Source of the DNA: Octopus bimaculoides
Lineage: Eukaryota
Direction: 5' to 3'
Assembly (NCBI RefSeq): GCF_001194135.2
Contig: NC_068983.1
Span: 30,669,253-30,733,252 of the forward strand
DNA: 64,000 nt
Below the pieces are notes generated by a model. It worked only from the letters and a program-made list of their open reading frames with translations, was not told where the DNA came from and ran no database searches. The translations under genes and the position numbers were made by a program. Shown one piece after another: positions 12,433 through 25,656 of the stretch; the first letter of the stretch is position 1, and each line of letters begins with the position of its first letter.

Positions 12433-12441
12433 GTAGTAGTG

Positions 12442-12539
<98 letters not shown>

Positions 12540-13035
12540 CCTTTCTATTATAGGAACAAGGCCTGAAATTTGGGGAAGTGGGTTGGTCAATTACATCAAC
12601 CCCAGGACTCAACTCATTGTAATTTGAACTCAGAATGTAAAGACAGGTGAGATGGTGCTAAGCATTTTGCCCTGTGTGCTAACGATACTACCAGTTCACT
12701 ACCTTAATAATAATGACGATAATGATGATGATGTTTTCTGATTTAGGCACAAGGCCACAAATTGTAAGGGGAGGAAGTCAATTGGTACCACTGACCCCCA
12801 CTTGCCTAATACTTTATTGTAATGACCCTGAAAGAATGAAAGGTGAAACTGACCATGGTAAGAATTAAACCCAAAATAAAAAGAGTCATAGCAAACAACA
12901 TAAATAATTTTTTTCCAACAATCTAATGATTCTATCAACTTACTATATTGATAATCCCTTCTATCAAAGACACCAGGCCTCAAATTTGGGGGCAAGGGGA
13001 TAGTTGATTACATCAACCCCAGTGTTTCACTGGTA
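12140..13035 (-). mobile_element. Array of decayed SINE-B copies separated by triplet repeats
   Basis: Repeated ggcacaaggcc...gtcaattacattgaccccag...gaactcag...ctgccagttcacc units. Compound (TAA)n(TAG)n(TAA)n at 12362-12538. Confidence 0.75.
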
Positions 13036-13796
13036 CTAATAATAAATAGCAATTTCTTATATTTTTCATGAGGGGCATTGCAAAAACAACTTTGGGGTTT
13101 TCACAGAATTAAAGAAAGAAAACTAAAAGCAAGCCTAGAAAACAAGACTAAAAAAAAGGAATAGACAAATATGTCCTAATATGGGGACTTATCACATTAG
13201 AACGAGCAAGGAATCCTACATATTTAGGATTACCCTAACTCTTAAGGGCAAGTATCTTTTCCTGGCTGTGCTCTACAATTTACAGGAATATGTTGAGAGG
13301 ACACTCATTCTACTGAGCCATTGTCACCACCTTCTTCCACCTTTGAGCAAATTCATAGGAGAACATCATGTTGCTCTTCAACCTTATCTTCATCTTTTAG
13401 ATGACGAGGGCTTAACTAATGAGGAAAGTGTTTGTCTTTAGTCTTTAGTTCTTTCAACCTTATTTTACTGTACAACCTTCCACATTCTAAGCAAATGCCA
13501 CACGTAACCTAGACACTTCATGCCAAATCTGCACTGACTTAATGAACAGAAACCTTGGAAAAAAGTTTTCAGTGGGTCTCTTCAACAACAAAAGATACAA
13601 TCACTGTGTATATATATATCAACAAAACATTATCAGAATAGTAGAGTTTGGAGGAAGGTTGGAGAGTTACAGAATCAGCTGTTTGAAGTTCAGCATCAAG
13701 TCCTTGTAGTCATTATTGGTTTAAGTTGCCATGTCATATTCAAGTGTTGGACCAATGCTTTTCCTCAAGGTTATAATAATGATAATATTAATAATA

Positions 13797-14022
13797 ATAA
13801 TCATCATCATCCTCGTCATTTAACGTCCGCTTTCCATGCTAGCATGGGTTGGATGATTTGACTGAGGACTGGTGAAACCGGATGGCAACACCAGGCTCCA
13901 ATCTGATTTGGCAGAGTTTCTACAGCTGGATGCCCTTCCTAACGCCAACCACTCAGAGAGTGTAGTGCGTGCTTTTACGTGTCACCCACACGAAGGCCAG
14001 TCAGGCAGTACTGGCAACGGCC
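13797..14022 (-). mobile_element. RTE 3' tail
   Basis: Reverse complement of the 3500-3706 tail. Confidence 0.85.
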
Positions 14023-14099
14023 AATGATGATGATGATGATGATGATGGGGGAAGTCAATTGATGCACTGACCACTACTTGCCTGGTATTTTATTTCATA

Positions 14100-14455
14100 G
14101 TCAACACAGCAAACTACCAAGAGGTCTTTGTGCACTTTATGCTTTCATGAGTCAACAAACTATTTGGTGATGCAAAACTTCTGTTCCAGTAAGGTTTGAC
14201 ATCTGCACACAGTGGCAAAACAACCACTGCCTGGTTTGCTTTTCATCACTCCAGTGTGCTCTCTTGACCAGTTAACTCAGCTGACTTGAAACTGGTAGAG
14301 AATTAATAAACTTGCTTCCACCCAGCAAACAGGCAGCACTGAAGGCTGCTTTTAGGCTTCCATCAAACCAGAGCCATGTCACAGCTTGGTTTCCTCTAGG
14401 CCATGACATTTTCAGGCATATTCAGGTATCCATAGAAGCTCCAACAAAGAACTAA
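14100..14455 (+). pseudogene. Tc1-family (DD34E) transposase C-terminal fragment, decayed
   Basis: VNTANYQEVFVHFMLS*VNKLFGDAKLLFQ*GLTSAHSGKTTTAWF...VLS*PVNSADLKLVEN...APTKN* matches the Tc1 motifs FQQDxAPAH, WPANSPDLNPIEN and terminal GAPTKY. Confidence 0.85.
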
Positions 14456-14464
14456 TTCACATAC

Positions 14465-14870
14465 AGGCACAGGAGTGGCTGTGTGGTAAGTAGCTTGCTT
14501 ACCAACCACATGGTTCTGGGTTCAGTCCCACTGCGTGGCACATTGGGCAAGTGTCTTCTACTATAGCCTCGGGTCAACCAAAGCCTTCTGAGTGGATTTG
14601 GTAGACGGAAACTGAAAGAAGCCCGTCGTATATATGTATATATATGTATATGTATGTGTGTGTATATGTTTGTGTGTATGTGTTTGTCCCCCCAACATCG
14701 CTTGACAACCGATGCTGGTGTGTTTACGTACCCGTAACTTAACGGTTCGGTAAAAGAGACCGATAGAATAAGTACTAGGCTTCCAAAGAATAAGTCCTGG
14801 GGTCGATTTGCTTGACTAAAGGTCGTGCTTCAGCATGGCTGCAGTCAAATGACTGAAACAAGTAAAAGAG
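14465..14870 (+). mobile_element. Full-length SINE-A
   Basis: Complete head to agtaaaagag tail. Confidence 0.9.
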
Positions 14871-15659
14871 TATACTGTACACACTTTACAATTTGTGATA
14901 AACTTGTTCTACTATAGCTTCAGGTTGACCAAAGCCTTGAAATGGGATTTTGTAGATGGAAATTGAGAGAATGAGATGGTATATGATGTATACGAAGAAG
15001 GGTGTGACTCAGTGAGGGACACAGATTGCCATTTCAATAACAAATAAAGTCCACCCAACGAATTTCTTCACTGCTTCTATCAACTCAGTTTTCACTAAGA
15101 AGGTCAAGGCTGACTCGAGGCTATGGCTCTACTGTGTGACTGAACAAAAGACCTTGTGATTGCAAAGCAAACCATTTAGCCATTTGACCATGCCTGCTGT
15201 ATAGAATCCCACTTCTCAAACAAGCCTACTTTGTTCGTAATTGCAGGAGAGATAGCATTTCAGGTTTATCATGATGTAATACTAACTTAGTGATCGCTGT
15301 AATCTAATGATCAGATAAGAACAAATAGGGAAATGAGGGAAGAAATGAATGTACGTGGTGTGTGTGTGTGTGTGCATACATACCTGTGTGTATGTGAATG
15401 TATGACTATGCATGTATGCGTTTGTAAGCATGCATCTGTGAGTGTGAGTATATGTCCATGTATGTATGTGTGTGAGTGTATTCGTGTATGTCAGTCTCTC
15501 AGTTTGTATACATACCCTGTGTGTGTGTGTATATGTGTGTGTATGCAACTGTCTCTGTCTCTATGTCTCTATGCCTGTACCTGTGTCTGTACGCTTATGT
15601 ATAGGTGTGTATGTCTGAGCATATGCTAATGTCTGTCTTTGTGTGTATGTATATGCACT

Positions 15660-15690
<31 letters not shown>

Positions 15691-15872
15691 CGGTGTCTGT
15701 CTTTGTATGTATGTATGGTTGTAAGGAAGTGAAGGGAGAGAAGCAAGGAAGGCATAGAGAAAGAGAGAGTGAATGAAAGAGAGTATGATGTAAGATAAAA
15801 GAGGGTTTGAGTTCAAGAACGGTTTTGATTATAAGGTAGGGGTTAAAATTAGGCAGCAAATGCGTGTTCAGA

Positions 15873-16066
15873 CGTGTGTATATGTGTGTGTGTGTCTGTG
15901 TGTGTGTGTGTATGTGTGTTTAAGAGAGAGAGAGAGTATGTGTGTGTGTATAAGAGAGAGATTATGTTTGTGTGTGTGTGTGTGTGTGTGTATATGTCTC
16001 TGTGTGTGTGTATGTGTGTTTAAGAGAGAGAGAGTATGTGTGTGTGTATAAGAGAGAGAGATTGTT

Positions 16067-16132
<66 letters not shown>

Positions 16133-16282
16133 TGTGTGTGTGTTCAAGACAGGGAGAGTATGTGTGTGTATAAGAGAGAGAGATTATGTTTGTTTGTGTG
16201 TGTGTGTGTATGTCTGTGTGTGTGTATGTGTGTTCAAGAGAGAGAGTATGTGTGTGTGTATAAGAGAGAGAGAGATTATGTT

Positions 16283-16317
<35 letters not shown>

Positions 16318-16511
16318 CTGTGTGTGTGTGTGTATGTGTGTTTAAGAGAGAGAGAGTATGTGTGTGTGTATAAGAGAGAGAGAGATTATGTTTGTGTGTG
16401 TGTGTGTGTGTATGTATGTGTGTGTGTGTGTGTGTGTGTGTTCAAGAGAGGGAGAGTATGTGTGTGTATAAGAGAGAGAGATTATGTTTGTGTGTGTGTG
16501 TGTCTGTGTGG

Positions 16512-16544
<33 letters not shown>

Positions 16545-16545
16545 A
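15873..16545. repeat. Higher-order minisatellite built from (GT)n and (GA)n blocks, six units
   Basis: Unit tt(c/t)aagagagagagagtatgtgtgtgtgtataagagagagattatgtttg(tg)n recurs near 15920, 16020, 16143, 16233, 16340 and 16441. Confidence 0.85.
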
Positions 16546-16986
16546 GGAATAAGAGACAAAGGTTGTGTACATGTTGAGAAAGACAGAGAGGGACAGAGAG
16601 CGGTGGGAGGAATAAGTTGAATGTAATTGACTGAGAAGGGGAGGGAGAAAGAACTAAAATAAGAAGTTGGGTACAAAGAGAAACGCAGAGAAAAAGATGA
16701 TGAGAAAGAGAGAGAGAGGGAGGGAGGGAGAGAGGGAGAGAGAGAGAGAGATAATGATGATGATGAGAGGCAGACAGAAACAGAGTAAATGAGAGCAGGA
16801 AAGATGCTGAGAAAAATAGAGAGAAAGCTAGTAAGAGAGAGAGAGAGAGAGAGATACAGTGAGATGCAGGGATAAAAAAAGATGTAGGTGAGAGAGAAGT
16901 AGAAAGAGAGACATGTAAGTGAGAGGAATAGAGGGATACAGAGATGTGAGACAGAGTGATAAATGTAGGTGAAATGTGAAAGCCTT

Positions 16987-17022
<36 letters not shown>

Positions 17023-17465
17023 GGGAGAGAGAGAAAGAGTTAGACAATATTCAGTGTTCTAAACATTACGTATTAATGTTTGAGAAGAGCCTAAATGTGT
17101 TTTTACTCCTCGGTCCAAGAGAGGAGGACTAACACTCCAGTAGTAAACAAATGACTTTCTGTATTGACTCACACAGAACGAATATATACAAACATACACA
17201 CATAGACACACACACATATGTGTGTGTGTGTGTATGTATAAATATATGCAAATATATGCAGACATACACACACACATGAAGAAAGGGAGAGAGAGAGAAA
17301 GGCCACACGTAAGCATGCACACCCACACACATGTGTGTATGTGTGAGCATGTATATTATCATTTATGTTCTTTTATAGATATATATATAGATGTGTGTGT
17401 GTGTGTGTGTGTGTGTGTATACATTTATTGGATGAGGTTGACAGGCATGCATATAGAGAGATGTA

Positions 17466-17515
<50 letters not shown>

Positions 17516-17587
17516 ATACATATATGATATATATCTCATACAGACTCTTGCTCATGTACAGAGACACCACAGACATATATAAGTATG

Positions 17588-17624
<37 letters not shown>

Positions 17625-18439
17625 AGGGACGACCTACATATATATATATATATATACACACATATATATCATGAGAGAGGGAGAGAGAGAGAGAATGAGA
17701 GAGAGATCCAAATGAAAGGGAGATTTGAGTAGAGATTGTGTAGAAGACTTAGTTACTGGGTGAATTTAGATTATCTTTGGCCAATTGATAGAGAATTATG
17801 CCAGACAAGAAAGTTAACTGTACTAGCAAGATAAGAAATAGTCTGTAGATAAAATTATAAGGAACTCTTATTATCATCGTCTACTGCATCTCTGATAACT
17901 ATTGAGCCAATGAAGGACCAGCTAGGTGGTCTTTTGACCCTGTGCAAACAGCAGCCTAAATATCTGAAAATCTCACCATATTGTGTTTTAAGAAAGTAAG
18001 TGCACATTCCATAATGTTCTGCTAAATGTTGATAACAAGATGGGATGGTTTTCCTTGGAATGCTTTTGATCATAGGCTTGCTTGACTAGTGTTAATGATG
18101 TAGGGTTAACGATATATAATTAATACTCTTAGTATCCTATGCTAGTCATGTTGATACTACATGCAAGAGCTCTTGATTCTCACTGCCTCCTCTCATCTAG
18201 CAGTGCCTGGCTGAATGTTCTGGTTGGCATATTGTCACGTCTCATTGGTGTCAGCCATGTCATACACAGCACACACAAACACACACACAGAGACACAAAC
18301 ACACACACACATACACACACACACGCACACACACACACACACACACATGTATGTATAGCTCAACTGTGGTGGTTGATGCCTGAGCATGCAATATTCCAAA
18401 GCTTAAGGTACAATATTAGTTTCGCAGTTTACTTATAGA

Positions 18440-18673
18440 ATCATCATCATCATCATCGTTTAACATCCGCTTTCCATGCTAGCATGGGTTGGACGATTTG
18501 ATTGGGGACAGGCGAAGCAGATGGCTGCACCAGGCTCCAATCTGATTTGGCAGAGTTTCTACAGCTGGATGCCCTTCCTAACGCCAACCACTCCGAGAGT
18601 GTAATGGGTGCTTTTACGTGCCACCGGCACGAAGGCCAGTCAGGAGGTACTGGCAATGGCCACGCTCGAAATC
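18440..18673 (-). mobile_element. RTE 3' tail
   Basis: (atc)n followed by gtttaacatccgctttccatgctagcatggg..., the reverse complement of the RTE tail. Confidence 0.85.
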
Positions 18674-18730
18674 ATAATATAAACTACCCATTTTCTACTT
18701 GCATCAGTTTCAATAACGAAGGCTCATTAA

Positions 18731-18945
18731 CCCATTTGTCACCATATTTCTGTTGAAATACACTGACTTTGTTTTAGTTAATTTTAGAAAATGGGGAAGG
18801 ATTTAGTAAGTAACTCTGTTGTTATTAAGTGGTATTTGAAACATAAATAAATTTTGGCAGAAGATTTTAATATAGATATACCTTAAAACAGAAGGTTTGT
18901 ATCATAGGATCTGAGGTGGTCTTGGGCAGGTTGGTATTAAAAGAG
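18731..18945. mobile_element. piggyBac-type MITE
   Basis: TTAA at 18727-18730 and 18946-18949. Imperfect TIRs cccatttgtcacca / tggtattaaaagag. Confidence 0.65.
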
Positions 18946-18968
18946 TTAATGAAGAGTTTACCCTAGAG

Positions 18969-19645
18969 CAGGGGTCGGTGAACCGGGGAAAATTACCCTA
19001 AGTGGGGTGAAAATGAAATTCTTGGGGGTAATGAGGACTTATTAGATATAAGTAAAATTATATAAAAAATATGTTCCTTGTTATGACAGAAATTTTTCTC
19101 CTAGCAACACAGCATCTATTTAATGTAATGGATGTGTTTAGGAGATGTGTCATTTTGAACTACAAGCAATTTGGTTGCTAAAGCGTTGTCAGGTGACTAA
19201 ACAGATATTATTTGTCAGTTGTTTGTTGCCTGCTTTAACCTTATATTTTGACACGTGTTTTTGCTTTGTTTAAGTAGATTTAAGTAGTTATTTAATTCAA
19301 CCCTTTAATGAAATGAATTGGACCCCAAAGACTATCCAAATTGCTCTGGCATCAAAAGGCCCCAATTTTGATGCAATTGTAACAAAAATGAAACATCATT
19401 TCTCCAAAACCTGAAGTGAAAAAGTTTCTAGAAAAATCCTTTTTTTTTAATGAGGATATTAATTTATTTTATCACATTTGTTTTATACTTTTTATATTTA
19501 TAATTATATTCTCTATATAAATAGATTCAATAAACCTTCTGAATTCAAAGAATATATGATTTTCTTCCTTTTAAATCAAGGGGGAAATGTCAGCATAAAT
19601 AAATATATTTTGGGCTAATTGGTTAAAAATGTTCCCTGACCCTTG
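18969..19645 (+). mobile_element. hAT (Charlie-type) deletion derivative
   Basis: TIRs caggggtcggtgaac / gttccctgacccttg. 8-bp flanks ccctagag / ctctatag, near the Charlie NTCTAGAN target. Internal remnant IQIALASKGPNFDAIVTKMKHHFS resembles a Charlie transposase C-terminus. Confidence 0.8.
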
Positions 19646-19674
19646 CTCTATAGGAGTAGGTAAAGGACCTATAT

Positions 19675-19910
19675 CAGTGGTTCTCAGTCGGGGTCCATAT
19701 AAAATTTTATTGTTAAAATTTATGTGTAATAAACTGGTTATATTTCTACAACACAAAATATTTAAACATTTTTAAATACAATTCCTAATAATACTTAACC
19801 ATAAAAATATAACAGGAATTTTTAAACATCAAATGGCCTTGAGAATCCCTCCACTTGAGTAAAATAGGAATCAATAGGGTCCATAGGGAAAAAATGGTTG
19901 AGAACCACTG
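19675..19910. mobile_element. hAT-type MITE
   Basis: Perfect 12-bp TIRs cagtggttctca / tgagaaccactg; TSD acctatat / atctatat. Partial copies at ~44150-44225 and ~58960-59028. Confidence 0.88.
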
Positions 19911-20874
19911 ATCTATATTATAGAATTGCAAAGTCACATGTTAAACCTTTGTGGTATTTGCTTCTATCACAGAAGCAGTATTCAGAGTATGTGCTCAATG
20001 TAAAGACACAATTGTATTTGACTCAAACTGGGCCTCATAATTCAGCCAATGAAATCATTTCCTATCCTTCTCTGCATTAAGCTCATACATAAGTTCATGC
20101 ATAGATCATACATTAGACATAGCTAGAACAGTGTTCTCTTAATACATCATTGTAATTTTATCACCTGGTAATTTCATCACAAGTCAATACATCATCAGTA
20201 AGTTCATTGTCATGCTATGTACACATCAGTAAATTCATCATCATGCTTTTTATCCCCCAGAGTATAAACATAAATATTTCTATTTGTAGAGTAAATACGT
20301 TATATTTAATCATCATACAAATGGACATACATGTGTGTCCTGGAAATACAAATGCTCTTGTATATATTATTAAATAAACTCAGAATACAATTCACAAGTA
20401 TGTAGAAACACTACCACTGACAATACATGCCCCACTGATTTAATGTCATCAAAATCAACTCTGGCAGTGTATCAAAGACATAATTAAGAATGTGTGTGTG
20501 TATGTGTGTAAACTAGTGATTAGCCTGTTGGGAGTCTATGACCAACAATGCAATTGTTCACAAAATGCAAGTTATAATATAAAAGTAGGCATAAGAATAA
20601 CTACCTGACAGTAATTTGTTCCTCTGTTTTAATTTAATTCCTTGACATGTCTGAATATTATCCATACTGAAGCATTCTATGCATTACTCTGATTTTTGCC
20701 ATTCACTGTTTGGCTGTCCTCATTTTATGTCTAGTGCCAACAAGGTTGGATATTGTATATTTAACTACAAACTATTATACAAAATTCATGTAAGTATAAT
20801 GTATTCCACACTCAAGCCCCGTCATTTTTGACATGTATTACACTTGTTATAAAATAAGGTTACATTGTTGGAAG

Positions 20875-21085
20875 CTGGTGAGCTGGCAGAAATGTTAGTA
20901 CACCGGGCGAAACGCTCAGTAGTATTTCGCCTGTTTTTACATTCTGAGTTCAAATTCTGCCGAGGTTGACTTTGCCTTTCATCCTTTTGGGGTTGATAAA
21001 TTAAGTACCAGTTGCGTACTGGGGTTAATCTAATTGACTAGCCCCCTCCCCCGAAATATTGGGCCTTGTGCCTAGAGTAGAAAAG
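20875..21085 (+). mobile_element. SINE-B
   Basis: ggtgagctggcagaaatgttag head; ends ggccttgtgcctagagtagaaaag. Confidence 0.85.
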
Positions 21086-21169
21086 GTTACATTGTTGGTG
21101 CAATTGAAGCCCACAGTTGGACATGAAGACAGAACCGCAAAGAAACAAAATTTATTGACTTACAGAGCC

Positions 21170-21905
21170 AGTAACAATGGTGATATTGAAACTGGTATCA
21201 AAACCATTGAAATGGCAAAACTGCAGCAGTATTCTAGAGAATTTGTGTTATCTGGTCTGCCAACACTGTCAACCTTCACACAAAGATCCAACACTCCAGA
21301 GTGTGTCCACAAAATCTGGGTACATGGGGATTAACACATACTTTAAGAAATTATTGTTTCTTATATTCAATTGTTTATATTATGATTTTATTTACTTCAT
21401 GTACCCACATGGGATTAACACATACTTTAAGAAACTATTATTTCTTATATTTAATCGTTATGTTATGATTTTATTTACTCCGTGTACCCAGACCTTGTGG
21501 AGACCCTGTATAACAGCATAGTTCTACCAACAGTTCTCTATGTCAGTAAAATGTGGAAGAGCACCAAAGACGTTTGAGAAAGATTTTGAGAACATACAGG
21601 TAACATCACTAATGAAAGACATTCTAAAGAGAGCTAAGTGAAGATCAGGCAGTGAAATCATCACATAATAAATATTAAACTAGCAGATCACATAATTCAG
21701 GCTACCTGAAGAATACTATTCTAAAACAGCTTCCAAATGGATACCACCAGAAAGGAAAAGAAAGATAGGAAGACCAAAATCTACATGGTGCAGGACATTC
21801 ATAATCCACATGAAAGAGGCCAATAATGTGGCCAAATGCAGAGAAAATTGCAGTCAATGGAAACAAGAGGTGTCACCTTGCTGTCCAATTTGTTTGAGAG
21901 CATAA
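21170..21905 (+). pseudogene. Decayed RTE-clade LINE RT/C-terminal fragment, interrupted by a MITE
   Basis: GKTAAVF*RICVIWSANTVNLHTKIQ | YNSIVLPTVLYVSKMWK ... KWIPPERKRKIGRPKSTW matches RTE post-RT motifs. Confidence 0.75.
21297..21508. mobile_element. Tc1/mariner-type MITE with an internal ~83-bp tandem duplication
   Basis: TIRs cagagtgtgtccacaaaatctgggtacatgg / ccgtgtacccagaccttgtggagaccctg followed by TA. Removing it rejoins the LINE frame KIQ-LYNSIV. Confidence 0.75.
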
Positions 21906-23776
21906 GAAGAAATGAACTAAATACCACTTAGATCAGTGAGCTTTTCAATTCTATAGTATATACCTTGACAAATTGCTAGATTGGGCTGTTAGGAGTATCT
22001 TGGTCAGAGACACAAAGCAGTGAACTCAGCTTAAAGATCCATTAAAATCTGAGATAAAACAAAATGAATGATGACTGTGGAAAAATATATTAAAAATATT
22101 TTTGATTTTGAGAATTTTACATGCTTTTAGCTCTGATTATTGCCTGTAAAAGACCTCCAGGGATTTTGGAAAACAGAATATGTTAAATATATATTGTTAG
22201 TTACAGAAAATGTTTCTTGTATTCTCTAATGACTTTTAAGTATGATTTTTTTAAGATAGAGCAATGGAAGGAAGGTAAACAGTAGAAGAACTGTAACAGG
22301 GGAGAAATGGTTGTGAAAAGTATAGATTACGAAAAACATATGCATGCACTGAGGAGAAAACTTGGCAAGATTAAGTATATCAGCTTTCATTTAGTTTTTA
22401 TAATGATCTTAAGTTGTCAAGTTTACTTTATACACACATGAATACATATACTTAAGAAAAATTATGCATGTATATGTATACATAAACATATAAGTACATA
22501 TACATACATACACAGAAGTATATATATACATATATATGCGTGCCTCTATCTGTCTCTTNNNNNNNNNNNNNNNNNNNNNNNNNNNNNNNNNNNNNNNNNN
22601 NNNNNNNNNNNNNNNNNNNNNNNNNNNNNNNNNNNNNNNNNNNNNNNNNNNNNNNNNNNNNNNNNNNNNNNNNNNNNNNNNNNNNNNNNNNNNNNNNNNN
22701 NNNNNNNNNNNNNNNNNNNNNNNNNNNNNNNNNNNNNNNNNNNNNNNNNNNNNNNNNNNNNNNNNNNNNNNNNNNNNNNNNNNNNNNNNNNNNNCAAAGG
22801 GAGGAGAAAAAATGAATTGGGTATAAAACCAGCAATAAATTACTAGCGATGTGTTTTTGCCTGTTGTTTAATTGTTGTTTTTTCTTTCTTTTTTTTCTAT
22901 TATTCTTTCTCTCCACACTGCCTCCCACCGTCCTTCTCCTTCCACAAATGAAACAGCAATCATAGAATTATCTAGAATATAACTGCTGAGTGTGAAGGAA
23001 GAAGTAGTTATGTAACATCCTGCTGTCCAGTGCTATATTCATTTGTATCTGTTGTTGCAATCTTTCTAATTTATTCTTTGCATTGAAGAATTTCAAATTC
23101 AGTATCTTCATGTGGAAATTACAATAATTTTTACATCATAAAACTACACAGATTTTAAAATCAGTTCCATGAGGTGGTGCTTTGAGCTAGTCTCTTTTAC
23201 CTTGTACACATGTTGACTGAGGTCTTGCGAGCAAAATTTGGCAAACACTAAGTGTGCAGAGGTCTGTCAAAAGCACCGCTAATCCTGTTTTTAGGTGATA
23301 GAAACAATCTCAGTCATAAATATTTAGGCCTTTGATATTGTTAGCCTAATCCACTCTGCTGCAAGCATTTAGATCATATATAAATACCTGCAACAGAGTG
23401 GGCAGTTCCCTTCCTCTTCTAATTAAGCCATTAAAATGTTTAAAAAAATATGTTATCATCATCCTCATCCTCATCAGCTGCTGCAGCAGTAAAGGATAAT
23501 GATGCTGCTGATGATGATGCTGATGATGATGTTGATGTTTACATGTTGCTCTTAGAATGAAAGGCAATAAGATGTTTTGTTTATTCACCTATCACTGTGA
23601 TTTGAGGCCAGTTTAAGAGCTTTCAGTTAGAAGCCTCACCTATCAGTTATTGTTTCACTTATAAACGGCTTCCATCCACTAGTGAAAAGCAGCATATATA
23701 AGAGTGTACGAACACATATATAGACAAAGTGCATGTGCAAACACATGCGTATATACTCACTGATATATATACATTG

Positions 23777-23807
<31 letters not shown>

Positions 23808-24286
23808 AAATAACCATTTGTATTCTGGTTAAAGAATAAGCATGCCATATTGCTATATATGGCATGAAGTGAAAGAAAGGATAGATATCAGAAGGAATAT
23901 CCATCTGTTAAATACTGCCACAAAATGTCCTTTCCAACCCACACCATCATTGAGAAGTGGGATTAAAAGAATGATGATGGTGCGTAGAACAAATCAACTC
24001 CAATGTTTGTTTTTGCTAAATCTGGGACTTATTCTATCAGCCTCTTTTTTTTGCCTGATGGTTAAGTTACAGGATGTAAGTAAACCAATACTGGTTGTTA
24101 AGTGGTGGTGAGAAACATATATATAGGCACAGGAATGGCTGTGTGGTAAGATGCTTGCTTCCCAACCACATGGTTCCAGGTTCAGTCCCATTGCATGGCA
24201 CCTTGGGTAAGTATCTTCTGCTATAGCCTCGAGCTGACCAAGGCCTTGTGAGTGGATTTGGTTGGCAGAAACTGAAAGAAACCCAT

Positions 24287-24317
<31 letters not shown>

Positions 24318-24741
24318 TACATCACACATTCTGATTGAATCTTTGCATCAACATGTACCTCCTTGCAACAATGTAGCCTTTAATCTAATCAAGATATCCT
24401 TGGCCTGATAATCAAGATAACCTTTCTAAGGTTCCACTCACTATGAAACATATGTAGCTGGATTTCCCATACTCCATTATATATATATATGTTTATATAT
24501 AACGATGACCACTATATATATATATATATATATNNNNNNNNNNNNNNNNNNNNNNNNNNNNNNNNNNNNNNNNNNNNNNNNNNNNNNNNNNNNNNNNNNN
24601 NNNNNNNNNNNNNNNNNNNNNNNNNNNNNNNNNNNNNNNNNNNNNNNNNNNNNNNNNNNNNNNNNNNNNNNNNNNNNNNNNNNNNNNNNNNNNNNNNNNN
24701 NNNNNNNNNNNNNNNNNNNNNNNNNNNNNNNNNNNNNNNNN

Positions 24742-24772
<31 letters not shown>

Positions 24773-24949
24773 ACTAGTTTCTTTCAGTTTCCATTTACCA
24801 AATTCACTCACAAAGCTTTGGTTGGCCTGAGGCTATCATAAAAGACACTTGCCCAAGTTGCCAAGTGGTGGGACTGAAGCTAGAGCTATGAGGTTGGGAA
24901 GCAAATTTCTTACCACATAAACATGTTGTGCCTATATATAGAAATATAG

Positions 24950-25255
24950 ATTCTTCCTCTTGTCCCTTCCCTATCTCTAAATTATCTTTCAGTCTCCCAG
25001 ACATTCTTGCAACCACCATCCACCCATCCACACTTCCTGTTCTTCAGCCCTCACTCACTTCCACTGTTTTTATCTCATTCCAAGTTCATCCTCGCTGTTC
25101 CCACCCTTTCTTCTACAATGTGAGTAGATACATAACTCTTCTACAACAAGAATCCTGTTCTATTTCTGGTTCCTTCTCATACCCTGTAACTCTCATCCCC
25201 TACTTTAAAGCTGTTTCCAGCCTCTCTTCTCTTGTCCCACTCAGTTGCAAATGAT
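24950..25255 (-). mobile_element. Possible heavily decayed RTE C-terminal fragment
   Basis: The minus strand gives ...QDSCCRRVM...*TWNEI..., loosely like RTE C-termini. Confidence 0.3.
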
Positions 25256-25361
25256 CTTAGACTTGCAGCAAGCTGTATATACTATAAAGTGGTTGACATT
25301 AGACCTGTCAACTGTCCAACACATACCAGTATGGAACATGGATATTAAATGATGGTGATAA

Positions 25362-25398
<37 letters not shown>

Positions 25399-25656
25399 AG
25401 AATTCACAAAAAAAAAACAAAAGACGAAGACAGGTGGTGTAGAAAACAAACAGATATATTAGTATAATGCTCAGGAACTGAAAAAGTCTTTAACGTTTCG
25501 AGCCTACGCTCTTCCACAGAAAGGAACACAGAAAGAAACAAGGAGAGAGAAAAAAAATGTGTGTAGTGGTTAGTGATCTATCATGATATATCTTCTTCTT
25601 CTTCTCTGCCAAGAATTCACAATGACCTCGAACCCACAAGNNNNNNNNNNTATATA

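Noticed and set aside
12324-12627. Poly-N/S/I/T/Y/V ORFs
   Set aside because: (TAA)n(TAG)n triplet array between SINEs; no splice or coding context.
15282-17715. Many ORFs rich in CV, HT, YI, RE (also ~48400-50600 and 59850-61500)
   Set aside because: Translations of (GT)n, (CA)n, (TA)n and (GA)n microsatellites.
23201-23263. 63-nt phase 0/0 candidate exon (TSAHLVFAKFCSQDLSQHVYK), minus strand
   Set aside because: Weak pyrimidine tract, and it does not supply the C-x2-C-x expected directly before KAY..WLC.
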